This document shows, one piece after another, positions 62,036 to 64,000 of a stretch of DNA of 64,000 bases; position 1 is the stretch's first letter; the number at the start of each line of letters is the position of its first letter. Position numbers and translations under genes: made by a program. Below the pieces are notes generated by a model. It was given only the letters and a program-made list of their open reading frames with translations, was not told where the DNA came from and made no database searches. This stretch comes from Eledone cirrhosa (Eukaryota): positions 106,516,001 through 106,580,000 of the forward strand of contig OZ024744.1 of the NCBI GenBank assembly GCA_964016885.1. The letters are read 5' to 3'.

Positions 62036-62104
62036 ATATATATATAAACGGAAAAAATGAAACGAAATTTCATTTCCCACTCTTATATACTTATATATTC
62101 ATAT

Positions 62105-62570
62105 ATATATATGAATGCATATATAGTGTATTTTGCAATACACTGTATGCTTAATTAAAATCATTTTGAAGACCTTACGCTATTGTTTTAAAGTAGCGAC
62201 AATGTCACTTACTTCAATTTTCAGCAAACAGGGGAGATAAGCTAACAGAGTTCTGTTTCGTACTTGTTGGTAATTCTAATTTTCAATCTTTGCTGGACCG
62301 GCAACCGCTCTGTATAATCAGTTCCTGATTATTACTGGAATTCTATAAGAATCCAGCATTCATAATTTTCGGCAAACAGGAGGAGTAGTGAGCTTTGATA
62401 AGTACCAACAAGTATGAAACAGAGCTCTGTCAGCTTATCTCCCCTGTTTGCTGAAAATTGAAGTAAGTGACATTGTCGCTACTTTAAAACAATAGCGTAA
62501 GGTCTTCAAAATGCTTTTAATTAAGCATACAGTGTATTGAAAAATACACTATATATACATTCATATATAT
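62105..62570. repeat. Fold-back with ~168-bp arms (62105-62272 and 62403-62570) and a ~130-bp spacer; HHR at the spacer/right-arm junction
   Basis: Arms are directly visible reverse complements, flanked by (TA)n. Confidence 0.9.
62389..62437 (+). ncRNA. Hammerhead motif with U3/A8 core variant
   Basis: TGAGCT-TTGATAA-GTAC(CAACAA)GTAT-GAAA-CAGAGCTCTG-TC^AGCTTA. Palindromic stem III and a GUC cleavage triplet. Confidence 0.65.
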
Positions 62571-62601
62571 TTCGCTATTTCAGAGCACCAATTCTAATTT
62601 T

Positions 62602-62634
<33 letters not shown>

Positions 62635-62679
62635 ATATATATTCGTGAGTGAATAATTATATATTATAATAACACTTGA

Positions 62680-63135
62680 ACCTCTCTAAGACAATGACAA
62701 AAGATCAAGATCTTTGGCGCTATGCAGTAATACAGAGGTCTCGACTTCCCTTGCGCACGGACTTAAACTTATACTCTGTAGGCACCTCTTAATCCAATAT
62801 ACCAGCCATACACCCTACACCACCCTCCCACTTCTGTTGACACCACCCTTTCTCTGTAAAGTTATATTGGTACCACAAAACATCCAGCCCACACTCTAAA
62901 GTGGTCATGTATGTCTCATGACAAAAAGCACCCAGCCCACACTGTAAAGTGGTCATGTAGGAGACATAGCAAAAAGCACCCAGCACACACTGTGGTTGGT
63001 GTTAGGAAGGGCATCCAGCCAGAAACAGTCCTATATGAGCGAGACACAGTCACCCAACCTGACTTGCCTCAAATGGGACAAACTCATCTAACCCATGCTA
63101 GCATGGAAAATAGACTTTAAACGATGATGATGATG
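62680..63135 (+). mobile_element. RTE 3' UTR fragment
   Basis: Homologous to 22370-22823. Confidence 0.8.
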
Positions 63136-63439
63136 TGTGTGCTTGTCATGTTTCTGCACCCTTCGTCAGCACATCTAATCTTATAGACTACATTTCAGGG
63201 GTTTTCCTTATTGCATGTCCTACTGATCAGTGATTTTATGTAACTTTCTGGCTTTTCTTCTATTTTAAGTCTTAGATTCAGTTTATCTAAGGCTTTTCTA
63301 AAAAAAAATACGTTATAAACATAGAGTCAACAAACAAGAGACTGGTATTTTTGATTGTCATACCATCTTCATATGCTATTCCATGATTTGATCCTGTATA
63401 GCAAGCAAATTCCATTCATGTCATTCTCTATGTTGGTCT

Positions 63440-63960
63440 TGAATTTTGTCATGGCTCCTTTGTACATCCTGAGTCTGTCTCTTTGACTGTATCCAGAGAA
63501 ATGCATGCAGTGGATGGAATGTTGTATATGTCTCTTATGGTATGACATGGCATTTCTTAGTTCCATTGGTGTATGTTTGGGACTTCTCAAGTATATGCCA
63601 TTTTATGTGGGACTCCTTTATCATTTAACTGCCAGACTCTTTTTGCTAAGGCCATACTGGTCTTCATGTCAGCATGCCTAAATGAGTGGAGATGCAAGTA
63701 GAATCGTTGTTTAAAACAATCTTACCATACCCACATATCTTTCACTGTTCTCTGTATTGTCTGTAGTGGTGTGTATAATATGTGTAGTGGTGTCTTATAT
63801 ATACAATAGATTTTATATTACACTTCTGTTGCAAGGGGCAATCTTCCTTAATCCTACAAGAGCATCCTGTATTTACATCAAGTTTGTTCTCCACAATCAA
63901 TTTTGATCTCATAGCTAAGCCATAGGAATAGGGTATCTTTATGGAACTCCAGTTGACTAT
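63440..63960 (-). mobile_element. Penelope-like GIY-YIG relic
   Basis: Minus strand CPLQQKCNIKSIVY...FKQRFYLHLHSFRH..TSMALAKRVWQL. Confidence 0.7.
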
Positions 63961-64000
63961 TTTACTTTACCTATGTTGTTGGGAGAGTGTTTCTAAATTA

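Noticed and set aside
63178-63236. Minus-strand CTGATCA...GAAA at the expected position downstream of a PLE relic
   Set aside because: Stem II does not pair convincingly and G8 is changed.

Overview
This is eukaryotic, AT-rich, repeat-saturated genomic DNA. The SINE, LINE and microsatellite types look cephalopod/octopod-like, but that is an inference. The only host gene I can support is the 3' half of GLE1 (mRNA export factor) on the + strand: four exons with consistent splice phases at 30372/30392-30487, 42381-42593, 43196-43386 and 47210-47654, plus a weaker candidate exon at 7086-7180. Each intron and the 3' UTR carries a different tandem array: 58 bp (~8.7 kb), 48 bp (~10.5 kb), 25 bp, (ACC)n-derived (~3.7 kb) and 22 bp. 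Several appear to have been amplified from local sequence (a LINE endonuclease SDH motif, a TTAA-CCC transposon end, the GLE1 stop codon). The rest is decayed mobile DNA: many RTE LINEs whose RT contains a PHD-type finger, Penelope-like elements (PLEs), two tRNA-derived SINE families, Helitron-like elements, MITEs, a Chapaev3-like transposon and a gypsy relic. The most striking signal not visible in the ORF track is about a dozen minimal type-I hammerhead ribozyme (HHR) motifs. Several end PLE relics, and several sit in ORF-less fold-back palindromes that place a ribozyme on each strand. All alignments and folds were done by eye, so repeat boundaries are approximate.
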